Shown piece by piece: positions 1 through 9,213 of a stretch of 64,000 nucleotides of DNA. Both the position numbers and the translations under genes were made by a program. The stretch lies in the IMG/VR virus record IMGVR_UViG_3300032607_001790. One strand, written 5' to 3'. This DNA comes from an uncultured virus (IMG/VR IMGVR_UViG_3300032607_001790) (lineage: Duplodnaviria > Heunggongvirae > Uroviricota > Caudoviricetes). A model generated the notes under the pieces. It ran no database searches and was not told where the DNA came from. It worked only from the letters and a program-made list of their open reading frames with translations. Numbering within the stretch: position 1 is the first letter of the stretch; the number at the start of each line of letters is the position of its first letter.

Positions 1-51
1 CGCTGCCCTGCCATATTACAACAAAAGTGTCAGACGCAGGAGTGAAGGGAA

Positions 52-417
52 CTACGCGCCGGGGAACGGATATTTTTCTTTTACCGCAATACACGCTGCT
101 TTATATGCGGCAATTTGTGCGGCATCATCCTTGGCAATACCGTCTAGGTAGTCGGACGATGGAGGATATTCCGCACGGCGTTGGATTCTAATTCCATGTT
201 TAATAGCTTCTAATGCATCTGCATCATTACCGGCTGGTACAACTGCATTAATATCATGAGCAAATAAAGTCTTACTCGAAGCTTCGTACGCCTGGTATGT
301 AGTGACGTCATCCTTGTCAAGGCTAGATGTGATGGCATACGGAATAAGCCATTCGCCTTTAACTAACCGGGGGCTGGGATAGGTGTTGCCGTAATTTACG
401 AAGGTAATTTCTGACAC
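52..417 (-). CDS. Putative tail-fibre assembly/chaperone-like protein (121 aa), last gene of virion operon; overlaps RT 3' end by 59 nt
   Basis: C-terminal RRAEYPP..DYLDGI..AYKAACIAVKEKYP pattern recalled from small genes next to phage tail fibres. It does not look like the basic four-helix Avd. Confidence 0.5.
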   Translation of the reverse strand: MSEITFVNYGNTYPSPRLVKGEWLIPYAITSSLDKDDVTTYQAYEASSKTLFAHDINAVVPAGNDADALEAIKHGIRIQRRAEYPPSSDYLDGIAKDDAAQIAAYKAACIAVKEKYPFPGA

Positions 418-1399
418 GGGATTTCGAGGGTAAGACGTACTTGTTTATCAGTCTACCAGAATCCGCGTAACGCAGCCACCCTTTAAACGAACCCGTGACC
501 TGCACTAGGCGAACGGTTTCGTTTAATGTCATACGTTTAATTTTTAATCGTTCCTTAAAGCGCTGAATTGTGGTGCGTCGTATAAGAGTTTTGTCGGGCC
601 AAAAACGATAACCCAAGAAATCAATACCGCGATCTGATATAGGGAATACTTGCCAATTATTCTTTAAGATTAACTTAAGTTCTTTTAATTTTAATTCTGC
701 TTCAATTCGTAATTCATGTAAAAGATGTTTATTCTGCATAATAATAATAAAATCATCGCAATATCTGTAATAATATTTTATTTTTTTGTGATGTTTTATC
801 CAATGGTCGAAAGGACTTAAAGCTATATTACCAAAGTACTGGCTTAGATAATTGCCTATAGGTATCCCTGGTGCGGAATCAATAATAATGTCAAACAATC
901 GAAGCAAGGATTTATCTTTTATTTGTTTAGACAGCAAACTTTTTAAGATAGTATGATCTACAGACGGATAAAATTTAGTTATATCACACTTAAGTGCATA
1001 CCATCCTTCGCATTGAGGCATTATACGTTTGATGCGTCGAACACCATCATGAATACCTCTACCTGGTATTGAAGCATACGTATCACGAATAAAGCTTTTA
1101 ATCCATATCGGGCCACATATTTGCACAATTGCATGGTGAATAATGCGATCAGGAAAGAATGGTAGTGAATGTATAACACGATCTTTACCGCGTTCCTTTA
1201 ATTCAAACGTATTGTATTTACCATTAACAAAACGTTCTTCTTTTAATATATCGTGTATCTCTTTTAAGTAAGGATCTGGATTTTTACTAATTTCTCTTAT
1301 TGTGCGAATACCAGATTTACCGCGTATTGCATTTTCAAATGCTACTTTTATATTTTCTGGATCGCAAATTTCTGCATATAGATTACCTTTGCGTTTCAT
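359..1399 (-). CDS. DGR reverse transcriptase (346 aa)
   Basis: RT motifs PDRIIHHAI, KCDITKFYPSVDH, DGR-type GIPIGNYLSQ, catalytic YRYCDD and IDFLGY. It lies 122 bp downstream of a template repeat. Confidence 0.97.
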   Translation of the reverse strand: MKRKGNLYAEICDPENIKVAFENAIRGKSGIRTIREISKNPDPYLKEIHDILKEERFVNGKYNTFELKERGKDRVIHSLPFFPDRIIHHAIVQICGPIWIKSFIRDTYASIPGRGIHDGVRRIKRIMPQCEGWYALKCDITKFYPSVDHTILKSLLSKQIKDKSLLRLFDIIIDSAPGIPIGNYLSQYFGNIALSPFDHWIKHHKKIKYYYRYCDDFIIIMQNKHLLHELRIEAELKLKELKLILKNNWQVFPISDRGIDFLGYRFWPDKTLIRRTTIQRFKERLKIKRMTLNETVRLVQVTGSFKGWLRYADSGRLINKYVLPSKSRVRNYLRKLRQHLSQPPVS

Positions 1400-1521
1400 T
1401 TTTAAGCCCCCAGCGGCGCAGAGTTTTCGAGCGGACGCCTACTAACACTTTACGCAATGCAACTATTTTACCGAGTGGTAAGGCTTGCTTTGTGTGGTTG
1501 TTGTGAGAACCTGAGGGCGAT
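1400..1521 (-). ncRNA. DGR spacer (3' part of the TR-containing RNA) between TR and RT start
   Basis: Non-coding 122 nt between TR and the RT ATG, the position of the Sp element in characterised DGRs. Function is inferred from position. Confidence 0.55.
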
Positions 1522-1645
1522 GGCCGAGCGAGCTCCGATGTTATCGTTCGTATTGCCTGAATCATTGTTCAGATTCAAGTAGAAGGCTCCATCAATGGAC
1601 CCATTGTTGGAATTGCCTCCCACATTGGCTACGTGCCAGCCGGAA
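1522..1645 (-). repeat. DGR template repeat (TR), 124 bp
   Basis: Ungapped alignment to 1714-1837 gives 99/124 identity, and all 25 mismatches are at TR adenines (minus strand). In the VR frame it reads SGWHVANVGGNSNNGSIDGAFYLNLNNDSGNTNDNIGARSA with 10 AAY codons. Confidence 0.97.
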
Positions 1646-1664
1646 AAACAAAGTCAAGCCCGAT

Positions 1665-1684
1665 GTGATGTAAGTTGGCATCAC
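1665..1684 (-). promoter_or_regulatory. Hairpin downstream of VR/IMH (candidate DGR target-recognition stem-loop)
   Basis: GTGATG-8 nt loop-CATCAC inverted repeat 14 nt after the target stop codon. Confidence 0.45.
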
Positions 1685-1698
1685 TTAAGTATTATAAC

Positions 1699-3477
1699 CT
1701 AGTTTGCCGCGTAGGCCGAGCGAGCCCCGATGCTACCGTCCGCATCGCCCGAATCAAGGCTCAGATCCAAGCAGAAGGCCCCAACAAGGGACCCATGGCC
1801 GGAAAGGCCCCCCACAAAGGCCACGCGCCAGCCGGAACTTGTCCAGAGACCATCAGCGAGATACGTGGTGCTAGATGCGCCGGTCACAACAGAGGGCAGA
1901 AATACATCAGCCAATGGGAATAGTTCCTTTTGGTAAGAGCTGCTTCCGCTAGGAACCTGAGCATAAAAACTATAGCCCACGCTTGTGTCATCAGCAAAAA
2001 CTGATTGGTTATTAGTTAGATATACAACACGTTCATATACGTTAATACCATCAGCCCATGTCCATGCACGTCCATATAAATTTTCAATGCCGCGATAGCT
2101 CATGAAATCTGAACTAGAACCGCCTCCTGTATATACATTACCGCTGCGGTTACCACGGCTATTACTAAGGCCAGTTGATACGCCATAAACAGAACCTTCC
2201 ATGGAACCGTTACCTACGACTTTTTGTGAGTTGTAATCACGGTATTCAGTTACCAATAAAGTTTGAATTGCTGCTAATTCTAAATATGACTGTACATGCC
2301 AGCCAGTACCACGCAATGCAGCACGGGTACGAAATGTAGCGCGGGTTAATGAACGTGTGTTGGTCTGTCCGCTTACGCTAGCAAGATTAGTACCATCGCT
2401 ATATGCGTGGTAAGCACCCCAATAAAATGCAGTTTTATAAGTGCCATCAGTTTTAATAAATGCTGTATGCGGGCGGAAACCTTGTGCGATTAATCCATCG
2501 TTACATCCAAGACGAACCTCACGAGTATGTACACCGTTAATAAAACCATAACGCACACTAAATGCAGGAATTTCTACTACAACTTGCCCGTCAGTACCAT
2601 CTAGTACGCTAGCTACAGCACCTGCTGCTGGTGTCGCAGTTGAACTAGCAGCCACGCATTCCCATAAATATCCACCGTTGGTGACACGTTGTCCGAGAGT
2701 GAATGTACCGGCTGCCCATGCTGGTACACCAACACGTAGCAAACTATTAGTAGCTTCTGCTGCTGGTGCTCCAGTATAGGCTGTTGCTAATGATTCAGTT
2801 TCAACAATACGCAGCCAATCAGCCGATTTATTTGCGCTGTCATTAGCATCTAAATAGTATTGAACTACGCCAGAATCATTGATTACGCAACGACGTATCC
2901 TTGATTGTACGTCAATGTTGATAGTGCCGCTTAATGAGCCAGTGCTAATACTAGTGCCGGGCAAGTACAAACCATAAGCATCGTTATCATGATCCCAACC
3001 AAATACAGCGGCGTTGAGATCTTGCCAAGTCGGAACAGCGGCAGACCCGCTGCTAATTAAGGCTTGACCAGCAGTGCCAAAGTTTGCTCCGCCTACCCCA
3101 AGTGGTCCATCAATTTGGATGCGGTCGTTACCAGCATCAACAAAAAATAAATTTGCTTTTGTATCGCCCTCAACCCTAAAATCACTATCAACACCACCGT
3201 CATTGAACACCACCTCGCTGGTGCCAAACCCAACGCGCTCAACTCCATTGGTTGAGAAGGCTAGTTGGTCTTCACCAGGGCTGTAGATGCCGGTATTTTT
3301 ATCAGAAGCGAAAGCTATAGCCGGAGCTCCAACGAGTCCTCGATCCAGTCCCCTTGTGATTCCGCTAATAGTGACGCTTTTATTTGGGGTGCCAGCATCA
3401 TCAATATCCCTAATTATAAATTGATCTCCTACGGCTAGGCCATCACCTAGAGGTGTAAGCGCAGAAATTTTGGTCAT
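1699..3477 (-). CDS. DGR target: tail fibre/receptor-binding protein with C-terminal CLec (FGE/Mtd-like) domain (592 aa)
   Basis: N-terminus has a cyanophage-type fibre motif (APAIAFASDKNTGIYSPGEDQLAFSTNG). C-terminus has GIENLYGRAWTWADG...VGG...IGAR typical of CLec DGR targets and contains the VR. Confidence 0.9.
   Translation of the reverse strand: MTKISALTPLGDGLAVGDQFIIRDIDDAGTPNKSVTISGITRGLDRGLVGAPAIAFASDKNTGIYSPGEDQLAFSTNGVERVGFGTSEVVFNDGGVDSDFRVEGDTKANLFFVDAGNDRIQIDGPLGVGGANFGTAGQALISSGSAAVPTWQDLNAAVFGWDHDNDAYGLYLPGTSISTGSLSGTINIDVQSRIRRCVINDSGVVQYYLDANDSANKSADWLRIVETESLATAYTGAPAAEATNSLLRVGVPAWAAGTFTLGQRVTNGGYLWECVAASSTATPAAGAVASVLDGTDGQVVVEIPAFSVRYGFINGVHTREVRLGCNDGLIAQGFRPHTAFIKTDGTYKTAFYWGAYHAYSDGTNLASVSGQTNTRSLTRATFRTRAALRGTGWHVQSYLELAAIQTLLVTEYRDYNSQKVVGNGSMEGSVYGVSTGLSNSRGNRSGNVYTGGGSSSDFMSYRGIENLYGRAWTWADGINVYERVVYLTNNQSVFADDTSVGYSFYAQVPSGSSSYQKELFPLADVFLPSVVTGASSTTYLADGLWTSSGWRVAFVGGLSGHGSLVGAFCLDLSLDSGDADGSIGARSAYAAN
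1714..1837 (-). repeat. DGR variable repeat (VR) at 3' end of target gene
   Basis: Encodes SGWRVAFVGGLSGHGSLVGAFCLDLSLDSGDADGSIGARSA and ends in a GC-rich GCTCGCTCGGCC tract shared with TR, after which the copies diverge (IMH/IMH*). Confidence 0.97.
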
Positions 3478-3518
3478 GATCGCAGTTTTTTAAAGCAATA
3501 ACAATAGTCTACTACCAT

Positions 3519-4511
3519 CTAGGCTAAATCCACTTTATAGTTTATCCCGCGAATTATAACCGGAATGGTACTAGCAGCTACTTTCCCTGATGCAATAACT
3601 ATATTTCCACTACTCGTAAGATTATTAACCGTAAGCCCACTAGGGACGACTACTCCTGATGCCGTTTCAATTTGAAGAGAGGACAATGGCGAAGAGCGTG
3701 AAAATAAAGCGTCAGTACTTCCAGATAAAGTAACACCACTAACAACAATACCACTGGCATTGATTTTTCCGCTATTGGACCAGGTGCCTGTAAGAGCATC
3801 CCCAACTGCTGCTCTTAATGTTGTAACTGGACTACCACCAACACCACTAGCCAATAGTAAACGCGCAACTCCAGGCCCTTGAAAATGCTCAATCCTAATG
3901 TCATAAAATTGCCCTGCTGTTAAACCACTACCAGTGAAAGCGTACCAAGTTGGACCTTGCGTCTCCCATTCATCTACCACTTGAATGCCATTTAACCACA
4001 CTCTCACTCCATCGTCCGTCAACACTGCAAAAGTGTTCGAGCCATTGCCACTAGCTTGTATTTGCCCTACGGCACGAATGGAATAATTTGTTCCATTGCC
4101 TCCTTTGCCTATATGGTAAGCATCGGTAAAATCAATTGTGGGTTCTACGTTATGTGAACGAAGAGTATTAAAATATTGCCTTACGCCTGCAATATTATAA
4201 ACTGCATATGTATCGTCAAATAATTCAACCGTCAGCCCTGATGCCGGTGAAACTGTTGGAGCAACACCATGTTTTTCTGCATATAAATAAGAAGTAATGG
4301 TAGCTAATGAAGCAGTTGACGAATTAATTTGATTTTGAAAATTAGCTGAGGAATTAGCAATTTTTTGAATATCTAAATTACTGACGCCAAGTGATGCAGA
4401 CAAGCCTCTAATACGATTGTAATCATCTGTTCTCAGGCCAAGATTAATCCTGGCTAACACTGGATCAGTGAGATCACTTAAATTATTCTTTCGAACAAGT
4501 CCTCTTGTCAT
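3519..4511 (-). CDS. Tail/fibre-associated protein with PA14 carbohydrate-binding domain
   Basis: PA14 motifs TFAVLTDDGVRVWLNG and YDIRIEHFQGPG. N-terminal GLVRKNNLSDL motif. Confidence 0.75.
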   Translation of the reverse strand: MTRGLVRKNNLSDLTDPVLARINLGLRTDDYNRIRGLSASLGVSNLDIQKIANSSANFQNQINSSTASLATITSYLYAEKHGVAPTVSPASGLTVELFDDTYAVYNIAGVRQYFNTLRSHNVEPTIDFTDAYHIGKGGNGTNYSIRAVGQIQASGNGSNTFAVLTDDGVRVWLNGIQVVDEWETQGPTWYAFTGSGLTAGQFYDIRIEHFQGPGVARLLLASGVGGSPVTTLRAAVGDALTGTWSNSGKINASGIVVSGVTLSGSTDALFSRSSPLSSLQIETASGVVVPSGLTVNNLTSSGNIVIASGKVAASTIPVIIRGINYKVDLA

Positions 4512-5851
4512 GGAAAGTCCACCTCAAAAAAAGCACCATCTTCAAATTCTAAAATCTCGAATTGTTCACCTTGTAAAATTTTTGTAGAAGATAATGCTAG
4601 CGCGTCAGGATCCCACACGAAATCATACCTCCATCGAAAATATTCTTCTTGGGAATTTAATTCTGCATCACTTAATACTTCGTCGAATAAGGCTAAGGAA
4701 TGAATGTAACCCCTGAAGGCATGTCCAACACTTGTAGCATCACTAACTCCTATCACGAAATTACCATTGCTTGAATAAGTATATGATCCTGGAGCAATAA
4801 AAGATTGCCTAGAACCATTAATCCTAAATTCAAGGCCATGAGCGCTGCTTGCTCTTACTGTCGCAAGAATTGTGCCATTTGCTGGCATTGTTGCCGAGGA
4901 AGGAAAGCCACCAATCAAACTAGAGGTAAATAATCCCCATGAACCATTCCTCCAGGCACTGGAAACATTGTTTAGAGAACTAAGAATGCAATAGTCTGTA
5001 TCACCGGTAACACCATTGGTACCACTTAAACTAAACAAAACAATTAACGTTGCTCCTGTTGGAATGGAACCACCAATACCGCCCAATGACAAGAAATCAT
5101 TACTACCATCAAAAAATACAGCAGGCTTAGATGCAAGTTCACTGGTCACTAATGTTGGACGATTAGCGCTTGCGGTCTGAGATGCGCTGCCACGTTGTGC
5201 TACATCGTCCCAACGCTTTATTCCTCCATCCTCAATGGTAAAAGAACTAAATTCTCCATCAAGCCATAAAACATTAGATTGCACTGCTGTGGGCGGAGCT
5301 AAATACAATGGTGAAAATCTAGATGTGCTGCCACTATCAGTAAGCCGTAAATACGAACGATATTTAATAAAATAATTAGACCATTCTTTCGTCTCGCCAG
5401 CAAAAGTAAGGCCACTAATCGTTAAATTAGGGAGATATGTAGAGCCAGTTAAATATTGAGCGCCAGAGCTATATCCAGAAGCTGTTTTTGGCGAAAAGAA
5501 GCTATTGGTAGAAGCTGAAATAATATTGTAATTACCATTGTAATAAGCTCGATCATTATTGATTATTGTTCCTGATAAAGCACTAATTCCTAAATCTCCA
5601 TTCCTGCTAATTTTACCAGCCATTGCAGTAAATCCTGATGCTGCTCCTGTTGCTAACACACTAAGTTGGGTTTCTAATGAACTATTTAAATCCTTGCAAT
5701 TAAAATAATCACCTTCTGTTACGCCAGCAGCACTGGTGCCTACTAATAACGGTAAGTCGCTTCTAGTAATGCCAAGATTATCCCAACATGTATTTTTATC
5801 TTCTACTTCAATTAAACTTCTTGTGGCGCGAAATCCAAATTGTTGCGTCAT
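4508..5851 (-). CDS. Tail protein with C-terminal LamG/concanavalin A-like domain
   Basis: LWLDG..WDD..ASQTASANRPT..VFFDGSNDFL..FRGYIHSLALFDEVLS pattern. Confidence 0.7.
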   Translation of the reverse strand: MTQQFGFRATRSLIEVEDKNTCWDNLGITRSDLPLLVGTSAAGVTEGDYFNCKDLNSSLETQLSVLATGAASGFTAMAGKISRNGDLGISALSGTIINNDRAYYNGNYNIISASTNSFFSPKTASGYSSGAQYLTGSTYLPNLTISGLTFAGETKEWSNYFIKYRSYLRLTDSGSTSRFSPLYLAPPTAVQSNVLWLDGEFSSFTIEDGGIKRWDDVAQRGSASQTASANRPTLVTSELASKPAVFFDGSNDFLSLGGIGGSIPTGATLIVLFSLSGTNGVTGDTDYCILSSLNNVSSAWRNGSWGLFTSSLIGGFPSSATMPANGTILATVRASSAHGLEFRINGSRQSFIAPGSYTYSSNGNFVIGVSDATSVGHAFRGYIHSLALFDEVLSDAELNSQEEYFRWRYDFVWDPDALALSSTKILQGEQFEILEFEDGAFFEVDFP

Positions 5852-6819
5852 GATTGCCCCGCCTTAAGATAATAAACATAATTACCATCTCTTACAGGGA
5901 TAGCAATTGAAGGAGAACTCACAACTCCTGAGCTTACAGCGCCTTGCATTGTAAAGATATTAGTAATAATAGCATCATTTAACAGTATTGGCGTAGTTGC
6001 AGTAGAACCACTAAATGGAGTGGTAGCAAGTGACTGCACAGGAATATTGTTAATTCTTAAACTTTGAGCTTTTAAAGTGGAATTTATAGAATAATCACCT
6101 TCAGAAATGGGGGATGCTTTTGGTAGTGCGTTATTTTGAAAAACAATGCCAGAAGAAATTTGTTGACTAGCTGTATTTAATCTAGTTTGTACATTACTGG
6201 TTAAACCGTTAAGCAATAAGATATCTCTCGTGCTAAGTCTACTGATACCAGTAATTGCTAAAACATCAGCTCCTTTAATTGCAATTCCAGTTCCTGCTCT
6301 TATTGTTCTAACTGGATCACTTACATCTTCTTTATTAGCAAAGACTAAACGCGCTTCTCCTGATGCTTGGAAATGTTCAATTTGTATATTATACCATTCC
6401 CCTTGCGTTAAACCACTAGCTGTAAATGTATGCCATGTTGGAGGCTGCGTATACCATTCATTTAACACTTGAACGCCATTAATCGATACTCTCACCCCAT
6501 CATCCGCTAATATTGAAAAAGTATTTGAGCCTCCCTGCTTGGCTTGCACTTGCCCTCCTGCAAGAATAGAAAAATTATTTCCAGTGCCTCCTTTTTCAAT
6601 AGCAAACTGTTTGGTAAAATTAATTACAGGCTCTATAGTAGTTGAACGAAAAGTAGTAAAAGTGCTATTTATATCGCCCGTATCATCAAACAATTCAACA
6701 GTAAGTCCTGCAGCAGGTGAAACTGTTGCTGTAATGCCATCTCCAATATTATCCCATGTAGTCTCAATGCTTGCTACATCTGAAAGGTTATTAGCAGCAA
6801 CTAAACCCGCAAACGCCAT
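5848..6819 (-). CDS. Tail/fibre-associated protein with PA14 domain (paralog of 3519-4511)
   Basis: TFSILADDGVRVSING and YNIQIEHFQASG. N-terminal GLVAANNLSDV motif. Confidence 0.75.
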   Translation of the reverse strand: MAFAGLVAANNLSDVASIETTWDNIGDGITATVSPAAGLTVELFDDTGDINSTFTTFRSTTIEPVINFTKQFAIEKGGTGNNFSILAGGQVQAKQGGSNTFSILADDGVRVSINGVQVLNEWYTQPPTWHTFTASGLTQGEWYNIQIEHFQASGEARLVFANKEDVSDPVRTIRAGTGIAIKGADVLAITGISRLSTRDILLLNGLTSNVQTRLNTASQQISSGIVFQNNALPKASPISEGDYSINSTLKAQSLRINNIPVQSLATTPFSGSTATTPILLNDAIITNIFTMQGAVSSGVVSSPSIAIPVRDGNYVYYLKAGQS

Positions 6820-9209
6820 TACTGTTCCTCCCAGTTCATACTTACACTAGCTTCCCCAGATGCTGTGCGAGCAGTTGCTACTACAAATAATGCACCTGTG
6901 CTATCAGGTCCACCTGGGCTACCAGTTATAAACATCTTATCAAAACCAAACAACGAACTAAGGTCAAATTGATTTGCTTCCCCACTTGCTGCAAAATAAG
7001 TGGCCACGCGATCTCCTCCACGTAACACTCGTAGTCCTTGCCTGTCAACCAATACGGCAGTCAGCGGATCAGCAAGGCTATCTTCAAATTTATTCGCTAT
7101 ATAATTACTGCCACCAGCATTAACCGTGCTTTGAGTGAATCCACTAACCAATGGCCAAGATGTTTGTGCTTGTGTAGATCCACTGCCTGGATACAATCTA
7201 GTAGCAACAGACTGTTGAGCAATTACTATATCTGAAATACTACCGCCTGCGTGAGCTTCAACGACTACTCTGATTGGCCATGGTGAATTACCAGAAATTG
7301 TCATTGATCGTCCTGCCGCACTAATAGTAGTAGTACCACTTGTGGGAAACGTAACCGTAAAATCCGTAAAATGATTACACCCCCCAGGCAATGAGCCCTC
7401 TCCTGTTACTTGCCCAAACCGATTGAAATTCAATGCTGGGTAACGAGAAGCAAACCAAAGCACAGAACCAGACGCTGTAGGATTATAAGTAAGTCCTGAA
7501 GCATTTGGTAACAAACCAATTCTTACATAACCTCCTTTAAATTCTCTAAAAATTGCACCTTGAGTGACACCACTCTCTATGTATCCACTACTTACTGCAT
7601 AATTATTCATTCTTCCCAGTGTAATACTTGTTATTCCAGCCGGAATTGGACGGTCCGTTACGATACGTGTTAAATCATTTGAAATACTATTTACATGAGT
7701 AACATAAATACCTGCTCCCTCTATCTTAACTTTATTCCCCACTTGATAGTCAGCACTACCTCCTAGCTCGTTGCTTATGTCAGGGAAAAATTGTCCCGAT
7801 GGCGTGACTAAAGTGTTTGAATCACTTTGTACTACAGTAATACCGGAAGCAGCATTTGCTGTGAGATCAGTGCCTTCTCCATACATATAACTTTCCTGCC
7901 CACAATAAGCTCTTTGAAACACTAAGTCAAACCTGGTATCAGTAGTAACAAAAGTTGCAAGACTAACTGGAAATACTGCTTTTTTATTGTCTACGTTGTT
8001 AATAGTAGGTTTTACTTGTAAGCCAAAAATACTTCTTGGGGTGGCGTCAACTGGTTTAAATGTCTTCAAGCCAGCAGAACCAACAGTAATAGTACCTTTA
8101 TCTCCTCCATCGATAAATACACTACTGCCATAAAGATTAATAAAAGCTGGTGATAACGCTCCAGCCGTAGTACGTGCTTCCGTGAAAAGCCTTAGAAATG
8201 GACTTCGAAGACTAGGGAATATAAATTGATTTTCCGCGAAAAAATAATGTAAAGTAACCCATCGTGCTTCATCATGACCAATTGGAACATATGCTAAAAA
8301 CCTAGCACCAACAGCGCCATACCAGCTAAATTCAATCTTAAACATTGTCACGCGAGACAAGTTTAAATTCCATTCAGTACTACCAATATTTGGTTGAATG
8401 GGATCACCATTCCAATCGTCTCTAGCAATTTTTGATGTGCCAAGATCAGGCGAGGTGCGCACCACGTATAAGTCACCGCCTTTATCAAGCTGAAAGAAAT
8501 AACCGTCTCCAACATTATTACGACATCCCCACTTAATTGTTTCTCCTGCATAGTTACTACCAGTGGACATTCTTACACCAAAAGTAAAACCAGTCACTCG
8601 TCCTGGTTGATAGCGAAATGCTCGTTTACTTTCCCAAAATGCAAGCATGGCACCGTTAGTATGCCCGCCAGGATATCGACCAGTATTATCATCAACTAAA
8701 TAAGTAAAACTAACTGGAGGAGGAAATACATAAGCTTGAACGGCACTTTCGGCTGGAAGATGTCGCCAATAATTTCCATACGTTTTTCCGTCTTCAGTTC
8801 TAAAAGTCCATTCTCCTGGATCTGCCGAGTAAGCATAAGCAGCGGATTCGGGGCCATAGTAAAATTCTTTATCATTAATACCATAAATATTCACTGCATC
8901 AAATAAACCTAATGACGTTTCGCTACGCGGAATGCCAAGTAAGCTAACTTCTACTTCACTTGCTTGACTATTAACAGAATCAACAATTATGCTGGCGCCA
9001 TCAGAGTTAGCAATAGTAACTGGAATAATGCCTGCATCTGCAGCAAGCACTAAAGTGCCCCTTGAGTCTCCCGTTAATGATTCTTGAACAATGGGATCAA
9101 TTAATAAGTCCCCTGTAAGGAAATCAATGAGTTGAGCATCAATAAGTTCGCTACCGGCTGGCTGTGCATCATCAGGCACTTGATAATATTCAGAAAGATC
9201 TTGTGCCAT
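6819..9209 (-). CDS. Virion structural/tail-tip protein (796 aa), paralog of 9214-10959
   Basis: Shares SLLGIPR, FRYQPGRV, MFKIEFSWYGAVG, IDGGDKGT and WEEQ with its neighbour. Located in the tail region. Confidence 0.6.
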   Translation of the reverse strand: MAQDLSEYYQVPDDAQPAGSELIDAQLIDFLTGDLLIDPIVQESLTGDSRGTLVLAADAGIIPVTIANSDGASIIVDSVNSQASEVEVSLLGIPRSETSLGLFDAVNIYGINDKEFYYGPESAAYAYSADPGEWTFRTEDGKTYGNYWRHLPAESAVQAYVFPPPVSFTYLVDDNTGRYPGGHTNGAMLAFWESKRAFRYQPGRVTGFTFGVRMSTGSNYAGETIKWGCRNNVGDGYFFQLDKGGDLYVVRTSPDLGTSKIARDDWNGDPIQPNIGSTEWNLNLSRVTMFKIEFSWYGAVGARFLAYVPIGHDEARWVTLHYFFAENQFIFPSLRSPFLRLFTEARTTAGALSPAFINLYGSSVFIDGGDKGTITVGSAGLKTFKPVDATPRSIFGLQVKPTINNVDNKKAVFPVSLATFVTTDTRFDLVFQRAYCGQESYMYGEGTDLTANAASGITVVQSDSNTLVTPSGQFFPDISNELGGSADYQVGNKVKIEGAGIYVTHVNSISNDLTRIVTDRPIPAGITSITLGRMNNYAVSSGYIESGVTQGAIFREFKGGYVRIGLLPNASGLTYNPTASGSVLWFASRYPALNFNRFGQVTGEGSLPGGCNHFTDFTVTFPTSGTTTISAAGRSMTISGNSPWPIRVVVEAHAGGSISDIVIAQQSVATRLYPGSGSTQAQTSWPLVSGFTQSTVNAGGSNYIANKFEDSLADPLTAVLVDRQGLRVLRGGDRVATYFAASGEANQFDLSSLFGFDKMFITGSPGGPDSTGALFVVATARTASGEASVSMNWEEQ

Positions 9210-9213
9210 TTAT

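Larger units (their letters stand above)
359..3477 (-). mobile_element. Diversity-generating retroelement cassette: target(VR)-TR-spacer-RT, no avd
   Basis: TR/VR pair with adenine-only mismatches next to an RT with DGR signature motifs. Confidence 0.95.

Noticed and set aside
52..417. Avd accessory protein
   Set aside because: Right size but not basic, has a beta-like N-terminus and a C-terminal motif typical of fibre-associated proteins. Needs an HMM check to exclude fully.
359..1399. Group II intron or retron RT
   Set aside because: No maturase/endonuclease extension or intron domain V seen. The GxxxSQ motif and TR/VR pair identify a DGR.
1300..1936. Short ORFs over TR/VR (1300-1506, 1383-1565, 1675-1923, 1730-1936)
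   Set aside because: Shadow frames of TR, spacer and VR with no protein-like features.
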